A stretch of 19,969 nt of DNA from Leptolyngbyaceae cyanobacterium (GCA_050331235.1 JBHJHA010000086.1:1-19969), one strand, 5' to 3'. Shown: positions 9,738 to 18,406, counted from the first letter of the stretch. Numbers and translations: made by a program. The notes: generated by a model not told the origin, from the sequence alone.

Positions 9738-10546
9738 TTGTTAGTGCCTTTGACTGGAGGGCAACCCAGCCTGGGAAGGCTGGCCAATCTGGGACTGACG
9801 GTCGCTTTGAGGATACTGAGGGGGACTTCAGCCGGTTCTAGGGGCGGCAGCATCCCTGGTCTTTGAGGGCGGTGTTGATCTAGACACGGCAGCACGCTGG
9901 GTAATGCGGGGTCTGGCAGTTGTTCGTTGGGGTTAAACCGCCGATCCACCGCTTGCGACAGCCGCACGTAGCTCATCAAGTTTGCGAGGGAAACCGGAGG
10001 CGTCGGAGTTGCATGCGATCGCGAGACACATTCACCACTAGGCATGACGGTAAACTCTAAATGGGCGTCGGCCAAGGCCTTCGGGTCAACACGAGCCCCG
10101 AAAAGGTTGGCTTTGCTGAGATTAGTGCCTCGCAGATTGGTGCCGGCAAGGTTGGCATTGCGGAGATTTGCCGAAGTGAGGTTGGCGCCGGATAAGGAAG
10201 CACTGGATAAGTTCGCATTGGCCAAATTGGCTCCCACCATCGTCGTAAACGTCAATAGCGCATGGGCCAGATTGGCTTGGGCGAGGTTGACCCAATCTAA
10301 CTGGGCGGCTAGTAAATTGGCATGCTCAAAATTGCTCTGTTTGAGTACGGCCCCACTGAACGTAGCGGCGGGCAAAACAGCGTGACGAAAATCAGCCTCG
10401 GGTAAACCAGCTTTGTGAAAATTGATGAACGGTAAAAACTGCGCCTGTAGGGTGGCGCCCTTAATATGGATATTTTCGAAGTCTGTCTGCCCAAGGGCAA
10501 ATGCGGTAATCACACGATGACTGGAGGTGCTTATCATTTTTCTCAT
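9734..10546 (-). CDS. Pentapeptide-repeat protein with Pro-rich C-terminal tail
   Basis: Tandem A(N/D)Lxx repeats ([46 protein letters not shown]) ending in a TVMPSG cap. Start may be 10546 or 10537. Stop codon overlaps the pheT stop. Confidence 0.88.
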   Translation of the reverse strand: MRKMISTSSHRVITAFALGQTDFENIHIKGATLQAQFLPFINFHKAGLPEADFRHAVLPAATFSGAVLKQSNFEHANLLAAQLDWVNLAQANLAHALLTFTTMVGANLANANLSSASLSGANLTSANLRNANLAGTNLRGTNLSKANLFGARVDPKALADAHLEFTVMPSGECVSRSHATPTPPVSLANLMSYVRLSQAVDRRFNPNEQLPDPALPSVLPCLDQHRPQRPGMLPPLEPAEVPLSILKATVSPRLASLPRLGCPPVKGTNN

Positions 10547-10844
10547 ATGAACAATGAAAGGGTGAACTGATTTGATCAGATGAACCCGTGAATTAGAAGT
10601 GGGTAAACCGATGCTGCGTAGCCGTCACAGGGCTTTTGGGCTCCTGAATTGGGAGCCTGCCATTGTGAGAGCGCCCATGTTGAGATGACTGGAGTAATAT
10701 TCTTTACTTTGTTTAAGGTAAAAGTACGGGGGAATCAGTAGCCTTATTGGAGCCGCAGTTATCCGTAACTTCAACCAGTGATTAAGACTGCGATAACCCT
10801 CAAAAAGGCTCCTGATTTTTTGGAAACCAGTCACGTAGCGAACA

Positions 10845-11213
10845 ATGGCGAATAGTTATGATTTGATTTATGCCGTGGTTCGGCAAATTCCCCGAGGTCA
10901 AGTTGCGACCTATGGGCAGGTCGCTGAACTGGCGGGCCTCATCGGCCGGCCCCGGGTAGTCGGGTATGCTCTGTATCGGGTCACCGATGCCGATGAAATT
11001 CCCTGGCATCGGGTCATCAACGCTAAGGGGGAAGTCTCGCGATCGCCCCATCGCAACGGTACTGACCGGTTGCAACAGTCGCTGCTCGAAGCGGAAGGCA
11101 TTGTTTTTGACCCAGCGGGCAAGTTGGACTTGTCACAATATCGCTGGATTGCCAACTCAGATTTGCTGGAGGCTGCTCTTGCGCAGGTGCATCAATCCTT
11201 CGATGAGGCTTGA
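10845..11213 (+). CDS. Alkyltransferase-like (ATL, MGMT-family) DNA-binding protein
   Basis: IPRGQVATYGQVAELAG, PRVVGYAL, and PWHRVIN with Trp in place of the catalytic Cys of PCHRV; LLEAEGIVF. Confidence 0.93.
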   Translation: MANSYDLIYAVVRQIPRGQVATYGQVAELAGLIGRPRVVGYALYRVTDADEIPWHRVINAKGEVSRSPHRNGTDRLQQSLLEAEGIVFDPAGKLDLSQYRWIANSDLLEAALAQVHQSFDEA

Positions 11214-11293
11214 GCCGCACCCCCGTTGCCGCCAATTTCTTTTCCAGGCGTCAAACAGATGCCCAGCCCCGGTTTCCGGCGCTGGGCGGTTCG

Positions 11294-13003
11294 TTAAAGG
11301 GTGGCTTGTTCAGCGATGGCCTGGTGCACATGGGAAATGGACATCGATCCTTCGCCGACTGCAGAGGCTACGCGCTTGATGGAGCCAGAGCGCACATCTC
11401 CGACGGCAAAAATACCGGGCTGGCTGGCCTCCAACATCATGGGCGATCGCGCCTCTCGCCAGTCTGGGGTAGCCTCTGCGGCCAGCCCCGTTTTGATGAA
11501 GCCCTTTTCATCGAGGGCAAGGCAGCCATTTAGCCATTCTGTGTTGGGGGTTGCCCCGATCATTAAGAAGACATGGCGAATTGGTTGAGTTGAGGTCTCG
11601 CCCGTTGTCCGGTCGACGATACTGACCTGCTCCAGATGGCGATCGCCTTGCAGTTCCACAATTTCAGTTTGCGTGTGCAGGGTGATGCGATCGCTAGAAT
11701 GAATGCGCTGGATGAGATAGTCAGACATGGTCTCCTCTAGACCATCCCGACGGATCAGCAGATGCACATGTTTGGCCTGAGAGGATAGATAAACAGCGGC
11801 CTGCCCAGCAGAATTGCCGCCGCCCACTACAATAACTTCTTCATTGTGGCAGAGGCTGCCCTCCATGCTGGTGGCCGCGTAATAGCAGCCAGCATTGTCA
11901 AAAGCTCGGGCATTTGCCAAATTGAGCGTGCGGTAGGTGGCTCCCGTCGCGACCACCACCGCCCGGGCTTTAACGGTCATCGCCTCACAGTCGGCATCGC
12001 ACAGTTGCAGACGATAGGGCAACTCTTGACAGTCTAGGGCCACAACTTTGTGGGGCAAGGCAAGGGTAACCCCAAACTTCATGGCTTGGACCTGGGCTCG
12101 ATCAGCCAGTCCTTGCCCAGAGATGCCAGTCGGGAAGCCCAGGTAGTTCTCAATTTTTGAGCTGGTACCAGCCTGGCCGCCCGGGGCCTCAGATTCTAGC
12201 AGAATCGTGCTCAATCCCTCAGAGGCCGCATATACGGCTGCCGACAGGCCTGAGGGACCGGCCCCCACTACGGCAACATCGTAGGTGCACTCGGTATCAA
12301 ACCGTTCGACGAGCCCTAGCTCGATGGCCAGGTCGTAGTTGGTGGGGTTACTGAGAATGCGATCGCCCAGGTGAATGAGGACTGCTGGCAGTTGCGTCTC
12401 AGTGAGGCCGTAATCTGCCAGCTTGGACTGACATGCTTGGGTCGAACAGTCGAGGATATCGAGTGGGTAGCCGTTGCGTCGCAAAAATCGCTCAATCCGC
12501 AGGGCGTCGGAGCTTTGTGAGTCGATCATGAGGGTCACGGCCCCCTGCTTATGCAAAATCAGTCCATTACGGCGCAGGATAAAGGCGCCCATGATGATTT
12601 CACCAAGCTCAGGCTCAGCTACCGTCAGCTTTTTGAAAGACTCGCGGTCAATGCGAATGACAGTGCCGTCTGCGCCCATACGTCCACCTACAAGAATCTG
12701 GCGGTTGTTGAATAGGTCGAGCTCGCCCGTAAACTGATTCTCCTGGTGGATAGTGATCACAGAAATGCCATCACGCCCGTATTCGTAAATTTCGATATTG
12801 CCTCTGATGATGATAAAAAAGTCAACGGTGCGCTGACCCCGTTCAAACAGGACCGTTCCCTGGGCCAAGTCTTCGACCTGCCCAAACGCCTTGGCATAGT
12901 CAACCTGAGCATCGCTTAACGTCGGGAAGATCAACTGTTCGCGAGCATAGGGATCCGCATGGTCTAGTGGTTCTCGCTCTAAGATACTTTTGGCGTAACT
13001 CAT
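11294..13003 (-). CDS. cNMP-binding-domain / thioredoxin-reductase-like FAD-dependent oxidoreductase
   Basis: N-terminal Crp-like fold (LFERGQ...FFIIIRGNIEI...FTGELDL), GAGPSG FAD motif, GGQ...IENYLGFPTGISG, ATGA, GGGNSA NAD(P)H motif, PGIFAVGDVR, AVGEG. GGAGA RBS. Confidence 0.93.
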   Translation of the reverse strand: MSYAKSILEREPLDHADPYAREQLIFPTLSDAQVDYAKAFGQVEDLAQGTVLFERGQRTVDFFIIIRGNIEIYEYGRDGISVITIHQENQFTGELDLFNNRQILVGGRMGADGTVIRIDRESFKKLTVAEPELGEIIMGAFILRRNGLILHKQGAVTLMIDSQSSDALRIERFLRRNGYPLDILDCSTQACQSKLADYGLTETQLPAVLIHLGDRILSNPTNYDLAIELGLVERFDTECTYDVAVVGAGPSGLSAAVYAASEGLSTILLESEAPGGQAGTSSKIENYLGFPTGISGQGLADRAQVQAMKFGVTLALPHKVVALDCQELPYRLQLCDADCEAMTVKARAVVVATGATYRTLNLANARAFDNAGCYYAATSMEGSLCHNEEVIVVGGGNSAGQAAVYLSSQAKHVHLLIRRDGLEETMSDYLIQRIHSSDRITLHTQTEIVELQGDRHLEQVSIVDRTTGETSTQPIRHVFLMIGATPNTEWLNGCLALDEKGFIKTGLAAEATPDWREARSPMMLEASQPGIFAVGDVRSGSIKRVASAVGEGSMSISHVHQAIAEQATL

Positions 13004-13499
13004 TGTCTATCTCCCAACTGAATAGTAAGTGTGAGGGGCCGACGGCATGAAACCTGACATCAGCTGATCCAATATAATTATGCGAGCCGGCTAGGGCGCT
13101 CCCCAACTATTGAAACGTTGCCCCCGACAGCCATCTTTCAAGCGATAGAAAAAGCTAACCATTGAGCAATCTTTACAATCAACTTGGCCTGATGACTATT
13201 GAGGCCAACATCAGCATACCGAATCCGATCTGACAGCACACCTGGATGGAAGCGCTTCCAGAGCTGGTTTCTGCCCAATATTCCTGTCACGCCGTCAGCG
13301 TCGCGATGGGTCGATGCAAAGGCCAAGCGCTTGGTCGGTGATGGCTGCATAACTTGCTGATAGCTGCGTTAATCTGTGCGGCTTCAGCTAAGGCATAGCG
13401 GCAAGGGCGATCGCAGCGACTGAGAAAAATACGGTATTAAAAAGTCGTTTCGCAGGGATTCTCCAAATGGTCGTCTCCCGCTTGCCAAGCGGATGTCCT

Positions 13500-13600
13500 C
13501 TGCTTGGCGCTTGTCTGACGGTCATCCCTATCAGAGAAGGCTTAAAATAATCCTTGAAATGAGCTGCTGATTTTTTGTCTGAAACTGCGCCAAAACTGCG
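13500..13600. promoter_or_regulatory. Candidate AraC-family operator (direct repeats)
   Basis: CTGCT-N6-TTGTCTGA at 13500-13518 and 13564-13582; AAACTGCG at 13582-13589 and 13593-13600. Confidence 0.5.
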
Positions 13601-13624
13601 TCCCCTTTTAGAGGGAAAAGCCTC

Positions 13625-14533
13625 GTGGAAAGCCAGATTGAATTTGTGGATAGTCAGACTCTAACTCCGAATCCAGAGGTGACAGCGGGCAAAATTCTGG
13701 TGTCGAGCAAAGATCTCCATTGGGACGGCATCTATCTAGAGAAGGGTGAGAACGAGGGCTTTACCCCTGACAACGTCACGGTGACGCAGCACTATTTCGC
13801 GATTAATACAGGCCCTGCCTTGGAATGGGAGTGGAAAGATGGCAACCTCTTCCGGTCCCATCGTTACGAACCGGGCGATATCTGGGTGAACCCCGCCGGG
13901 ATTCCCTTTTCCCATCGCATCCAAGGGCACAATCAATTTGTGCTGCTTACCCTCGACCCCGACAAACTGACGGAATTGCTGCCCGATCGCCCCCTGCTCG
14001 CCCAGCAAGCATTTCGACGGCAGCATCGCGCCCAAGACCGGCATTTGCAAACCCTCATCCAAGCCCTACTGGTCGAGGCTGAGATGGGTGGTCCCAATGG
14101 TCGCCTCTTTGCCGATACCCTATCGACGGCGATCGCTACCCACTTTGTTAACCACTATGGCCTAGAGCCTCCCAGTAATCGCCCGCGCCTTTGTCCCACT
14201 GAGCGACAGCGCCTCGGCCCAGTGATTGACTATATCGAGGCTCATTTGACCGACGATTTGACCCTAGCGGATCTAGCGCTCATTGCTGGTCTGAGCAAGT
14301 TTCATTTTTCGCGGTTGTTCAAAGACGCGATCGGTTTGACGCCCTATAAATATGTGACGCAGCGCCGCGTCATGCAAGCTGCTCGCCGTTTGCGTCAGAG
14401 CGACTCAGAAATTGCCCAGGTAGCCCATCAGTTTGGCTTTACCGATCAGGCACATTTCACCCGCGTCTTTAAGCAAATCAAAGGGACAACTCCCAAACGC
14501 TTTCTTCAACAGAGCCATCATCGAGATACCTAA
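13625..14533 (+). CDS. AraC-family transcriptional regulator
   Basis: C-terminal double HTH: VIDYIEAHL, LADLALIAGLSKFHFSRLFK, GLTPYKYV, IAQVAHQFGFTDQAHFTRVFKQIKGTTP. Cupin-like N-terminal region; GTG start. Confidence 0.95.
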   Translation: MESQIEFVDSQTLTPNPEVTAGKILVSSKDLHWDGIYLEKGENEGFTPDNVTVTQHYFAINTGPALEWEWKDGNLFRSHRYEPGDIWVNPAGIPFSHRIQGHNQFVLLTLDPDKLTELLPDRPLLAQQAFRRQHRAQDRHLQTLIQALLVEAEMGGPNGRLFADTLSTAIATHFVNHYGLEPPSNRPRLCPTERQRLGPVIDYIEAHLTDDLTLADLALIAGLSKFHFSRLFKDAIGLTPYKYVTQRRVMQAARRLRQSDSEIAQVAHQFGFTDQAHFTRVFKQIKGTTPKRFLQQSHHRDT

Positions 14534-14536
14534 AGC

Positions 14537-14564
14537 AAAAGAGACAGGCATCGGGCCTGTCTCT
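14537..14564 (-). terminator. Intrinsic terminator (U-tract on minus strand; hairpin also lies just after the AraC stop)
   Basis: AGAGACAGGC-atcgg-GCCTGTCTCT 10-bp stem (14540-14564) with an adjacent A-run on the plus strand. Confidence 0.75.
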
Positions 14565-14729
14565 GGGTAATTTCGAAATGGTTGAAACCGCCATTACAGG
14601 ACATCGCTCGTAATCTTGGCTGAGCAACTGTGTCGGTATCCTTGATCTGAGAGTGGTGACTTGCTCGCCATTGGCCCGAGTCAGCTCCAGACTGGCAGAC
14701 GAGGCAGTTCCCTCATTACCGGCGGATGT

Positions 14730-15029
14730 TTACTGGTTATAGCGGTTCTCCATCCACACCCGTAATGATGCCTCATCGTCAAAGAACGCTGTCCGATTGG
14801 AAATCGGGTCGTATACGCGCCATACCTCAACATCTCCCTGAATCTGCTTAGAAACCTGGGGGGCGGGACTAGCGGTGAGCCAGTTCACCAGGCTTTTACC
14901 CATGCGGTTAATGAGCTGACCAAGACGGTTAGGATGATACGCTGTAGTCTCGATAGGTGGGTTGACTAGGGCTTCCAATTGACGACGATGCTGCTCTAGG
15001 CGGGCAGATTTTTCTGTGTAGCTGTGCAT
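14730..15029 (-). CDS. Small hypothetical protein (99 aa), divergent from LysR
   Basis: Strong SD AGGAGG (15034-15039); C-terminal WRVYDP...F..E...R.WME.RY pattern, which I recall from small cyanobacterial hypotheticals. Confidence 0.85.
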   Translation of the reverse strand: MHSYTEKSARLEQHRRQLEALVNPPIETTAYHPNRLGQLINRMGKSLVNWLTASPAPQVSKQIQGDVEVWRVYDPISNRTAFFDDEASLRVWMENRYNQ

Positions 15030-15094
15030 GTGACCTCCTGAATAGTGAAGACGTAGCAGGCGATGGATAGGCTGCTATCGCTCCGATTGATTTC

Positions 15095-15185
15095 AATCTA
15101 GCTAGGGAAATCAGCAACACCAAAGCATAGTGTGCATAACATGTATGCAAGAAATCGATAAACCTTCTATCAAAGTTTGCGATAG
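15095..15185. promoter_or_regulatory. LysR operator boxes and candidate minus-strand promoter
   Basis: CTATC-N9-GATAG (15167-15185; T-N11-A), TATG-N9-GATA (15144-15160; T-N11-A), TGCATA-N5-TATGCA (15133-15149), and minus-strand TTGGTG-N17-TAGATT (15123-15095). Confidence 0.65.
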
Positions 15186-15217
15186 TCTGTGGCTACTGAA
15201 ATTACTGGGATCGACGT

Positions 15218-16123
15218 ATGAATCCTTGGAAGCTCAAGCTGTCACAAATCAAAGCGCTACTGGCAGTGGCAGAGTACGGTAACTTCAGCGAAGCAGCATT
15301 ACAACTTGAGGTGACGCAGTCTACAGTCAGTCATGCGATCGCTACCCTTGAGGATCAACTGGGGATTATTGTTTTTCATCGGGGCCGCCATGGGGCACAG
15401 TTGACCCCCATTGGCGAGCGCATTTTGCAAGATGCGCGACAGATTCAAAAGCGGTTAGAAAGCATTGCCAGTGCTGCCGACTCTGAGCGGGGTTTGGAAG
15501 GTGGCACGGTGAGAATTGCCACTTTCCGCAGTATCGCCACCCATTTATTGCCAGAGGCGATCGCCCGCCTGCACCGTCTGCATCCAGCCATTCAGATTGC
15601 GCTGATTGAAGTGGATGAAATCTACCAGCTCAAGCAAGCGCTCAGTCAGGGGCTGGCCGACCTCTGCGTGGCGGAGATGCTCTGTGGCGAAGAGTTCGAG
15701 ACCATTTTTATTCTGGAAGATGCGTACATTGCGCTGTTGCCGCCCCACTATGGATTGCGAGACGCCCAACTAACCATCGATGATTTATATCGGTACCCGC
15801 TGATTTCTTCAAGTCACGATAGCTGTTCGGTGCGCATTCGCGATCGCCTGCGACAGCTCGAAAAAGAGCTAGACGTGACTTACCGGATTCGCCATGACTC
15901 CTCGATGGCGAGCATGGTGCAGCAAGGGTTAGGGATTGCGCTCATGACAGAGCTGGCCGCTAAGCCCGTGCCCGAAGGTGTGACGATTTGTCGCTTGCCC
16001 TTTGACCTGTCGCGGCCCATTGGTGCCACTTTGCTCAAAGAGGCCCTCCATAGCCCCGCGGTATATGCCTTTTTAGATGCGCTGCGGGAGACTGGCCCGT
16101 TTGCTGCCAGTCAAGTGGGTTAG
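15218..16123 (+). CDS. LysR-family transcriptional regulator
   Basis: N-terminal HTH GNFSEAALQLEVTQSTVSHAIATLEDQLG, LTPIGE, GTVRIATF, and a substrate-binding domain ending MVQQGLGIALM; 301 aa. Confidence 0.96.
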   Translation: MNPWKLKLSQIKALLAVAEYGNFSEAALQLEVTQSTVSHAIATLEDQLGIIVFHRGRHGAQLTPIGERILQDARQIQKRLESIASAADSERGLEGGTVRIATFRSIATHLLPEAIARLHRLHPAIQIALIEVDEIYQLKQALSQGLADLCVAEMLCGEEFETIFILEDAYIALLPPHYGLRDAQLTIDDLYRYPLISSSHDSCSVRIRDRLRQLEKELDVTYRIRHDSSMASMVQQGLGIALMTELAAKPVPEGVTICRLPFDLSRPIGATLLKEALHSPAVYAFLDALRETGPFAASQVG

Positions 16124-16211
16124 GATAACTGACTGTGCTGCTGCGATCTGGGTGCAGTTGCAATTGATCGCTTTCACCGTAAAATCCGGAGAGGCATAGG
16201 AGGTCAGGCTG

Positions 16212-17204
16212 GTGCGATCGCTCTATTTTTTGCTCCCCGGAACGGACGGCAAATTTGCCTGTGGCGGCTTGTTTGCTGAATTGAAAATGATGGAGTTGGC
16301 CCGGCAGATTTGCGAGGTTGCCGTGGTGACCTATCAACAGCGCGAAGCCCACACGCTGTATCTGGACGATGTGCTCCAGCAGGACTTGACCAATGTGATC
16401 TTTGTCGTGAGTTGGGGCTTCCATGTACCCAAGCTAATTAACCGACTGCAGGGGCAAGCCGTGCTTTACCATGCTCATAGTGCCGGCTATGGATTTCGTC
16501 TCCCGAGTCGGGTGCCCATTCTTACGGTTAGCCGCAACACGATGGGATATTGGGGGCAACTGTGCCCCGCTTCACCCATCTTCTTTTTACCCAATCAGAT
16601 TTCGCCAGAGTTCAGCGATCGCGGCGAAGTACGAGATATTGATGTGTTGGTACAGGTACGCAAGTCGTCGCGCTATCTACTCACTCAGTTGGTGCCTGCC
16701 TTGCAAACCCGCTGCAACGTAGTGCTGTTAGATCGCTTTGTAGAAGATTTGGCCGGATTATTTAATCGCAGCAAGATTTACCTCTATGACACGGCTGAGT
16801 ATTGGGCCCAATATCGCGTAACTGAGGGCTTTGGCCTCCCCCCGATGGAAGCAATGGCCTGTGGCTGTCAGATATTTTCTAGTGTGAATGGGGCTTTGGC
16901 AGATTATTTGGACCCAGGTTTTAACTGTCAGTCTATTGGGGTTTATTCCACCCAATATGATGTCGAACGTATCCTGGCGACTTTGCAAAATGACCAAGGG
17001 CGATCGCTACCCGAAGCCTTCTTTGACCTCTACCGAGAAGACAAAATTGTCGAGCGTCTGCGCCCCATCCTCGCATCTATAAATCATTTTTTTGATCATG
17101 CTGAGGCCCATGAGAGCGACGTTCCCAGGCTGTCTTCTCGGCGTTTACTGCAGTTACGTCTGCGGCGCTTAGTCCAGAAAATGAGTGAAAAATTAGGGCG
17201 TTGA
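16212..17204 (+). CDS. Glycosyltransferase, GT4-like (GT-B fold)
   Basis: N-terminal GG motif (FACGGL) and EGFGLPPMEAMACG E-x7-E motif; GGAGG before the GTG start. Confidence 0.88.
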   Translation: MRSLYFLLPGTDGKFACGGLFAELKMMELARQICEVAVVTYQQREAHTLYLDDVLQQDLTNVIFVVSWGFHVPKLINRLQGQAVLYHAHSAGYGFRLPSRVPILTVSRNTMGYWGQLCPASPIFFLPNQISPEFSDRGEVRDIDVLVQVRKSSRYLLTQLVPALQTRCNVVLLDRFVEDLAGLFNRSKIYLYDTAEYWAQYRVTEGFGLPPMEAMACGCQIFSSVNGALADYLDPGFNCQSIGVYSTQYDVERILATLQNDQGRSLPEAFFDLYREDKIVERLRPILASINHFFDHAEAHESDVPRLSSRRLLQLRLRRLVQKMSEKLGR

Positions 17205-17413
17205 TTGCTTCACTAGCTGCTTAATTGACCACTTTGAGTCTCTAAAACTTCCTTTAAAAAGAGAGCGTGAAACCGCTTAAATCTCCTTGCTGCGGGGATT
17301 ACGGTACGGTTGGTTCGGGGTGAAAACCCCAGCATACAGGCAGGTAAACAACACCTGTGTAGGTTCGACTGGTCTGTCAAAATAAAGCTACAAGCACCCG
17401 AGAGGAGAACTGG

Positions 17414-17719
17414 ATGAAGCGGTTATTTGGAGCCCCCTTTGTTAATTGGTTTAGGAAACTTTTGCGTAACTCGAAATATCGGTGGGTAGTCATTTTTGGC
17501 TCACTTATTTACTTGTTTAGTCCCCTTGATATTTCACCAGATGTGTTTCCCATCATCGGTTGGATTGATGATGGCTTGCTAGCGACATTAGTGGTGACTG
17601 AGCTGACTCAGATCGCAATTGACAACCGTCGTAAGCAGGTGAAAAGTGCCACTCAAAAGGCGACCGAATCGGCAAACTACGAAAACGTCATTGACATAGA
17701 GTCTGTCCGAGTTGGCTAA
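17414..17719 (+). CDS. YkvA / DUF1232 family membrane protein
   Basis: YLFSPLDISPDVFPIIGWIDD signature; GAGGAG RBS. Confidence 0.92.
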   Translation: MKRLFGAPFVNWFRKLLRNSKYRWVVIFGSLIYLFSPLDISPDVFPIIGWIDDGLLATLVVTELTQIAIDNRRKQVKSATQKATESANYENVIDIESVRVG

Positions 17720-17772
17720 GCCTAGGGCGATATTTACCCCTGTTTTAATTCGATAATTCTGAGGATTTTTCC

Positions 17773-18360
17773 ATGGCTACACCGGTAAAAGAACGCATCA
17801 AAACTGAACTGAATCAGGTCAAGGTTGAAGGCAAAGAACGCGCTACTCGCATTAGCGATATTTTGAAAAGCGCTGCTTCGAAGACCCTTGAGGAAATCAA
17901 GGAAGGCTCTACTGAGCTGCATGTTTCAGCTCGCAAGTCGGTCGCTGAAATTTTAGAAGAGCTCAACGAAGGCACTGAGACTGAAGACGCTCCAGCCAAT
18001 ACGGCGACTCAAGCCACGGAAGCTGAGGCCGCCATTCCTTCTTGGCGGGCTATTTTGAACGCCGCTGTGACCGTTGTCCGCGATCGCCGAGGCGACTGGC
18101 TTCAAAATCTCCGCCGAAATTGGTCAACTAATGCGGCTAAAGCGGATGAAGAGATGACTGCTAAGTACGGCGATCGTTATGCTCAGGCAAAGACTGTTTT
18201 GCAGGCGCTCGTAGAGCGTATGAAAGCTGCCCAGACTCGCGCTGGTGCGACTCACTCCGCTGACTCTTGCGACCCAGCCCAACCTGTCACTATCGAAGTT
18301 GTGGATGGTGACACCCCCCCAGATGCAAAAGCCGTACAGGTGATTGAGCCTGACGCATAA
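17773..18360 (+). CDS. Hypothetical helical/coiled-coil protein
   Basis: 195-aa Glu/Ala/Lys-rich ORF with GAGG RBS, 53 nt after the YkvA gene and followed by a terminator. Confidence 0.82.
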   Translation: MATPVKERIKTELNQVKVEGKERATRISDILKSAASKTLEEIKEGSTELHVSARKSVAEILEELNEGTETEDAPANTATQATEAEAAIPSWRAILNAAVTVVRDRRGDWLQNLRRNWSTNAAKADEEMTAKYGDRYAQAKTVLQALVERMKAAQTRAGATHSADSCDPAQPVTIEVVDGDTPPDAKAVQVIEPDA

Positions 18361-18406
18361 GCCAGCATTCACTAACTCCAACTAACGGAGACTCTCCAAA
18401 CTGCTT

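Noticed and set aside
10639..10815. Recurring GGCTCC/GGAGCC hexamers (10639, 10652, 10749, 10807)
   Set aside because: Short, irregularly spaced and not distinguishable from chance by eye.
11294..14533. cNMP-domain protein as part of an anti-phage cyclic-nucleotide system (Pycsar/CBASS), or a recently acquired island
   Set aside because: No cyclase, TIR or TM effector, integrase or boundary repeats nearby; HIP1 sites occur at normal density through the region.
17287..17357. Small hairpins (GGGG-tgaaaa-CCCC; CAGGT-N7-ACCTG) upstream of the YkvA gene as a riboswitch or ncRNA
   Set aside because: Stems are only 4-5 bp and match no family I recognise.
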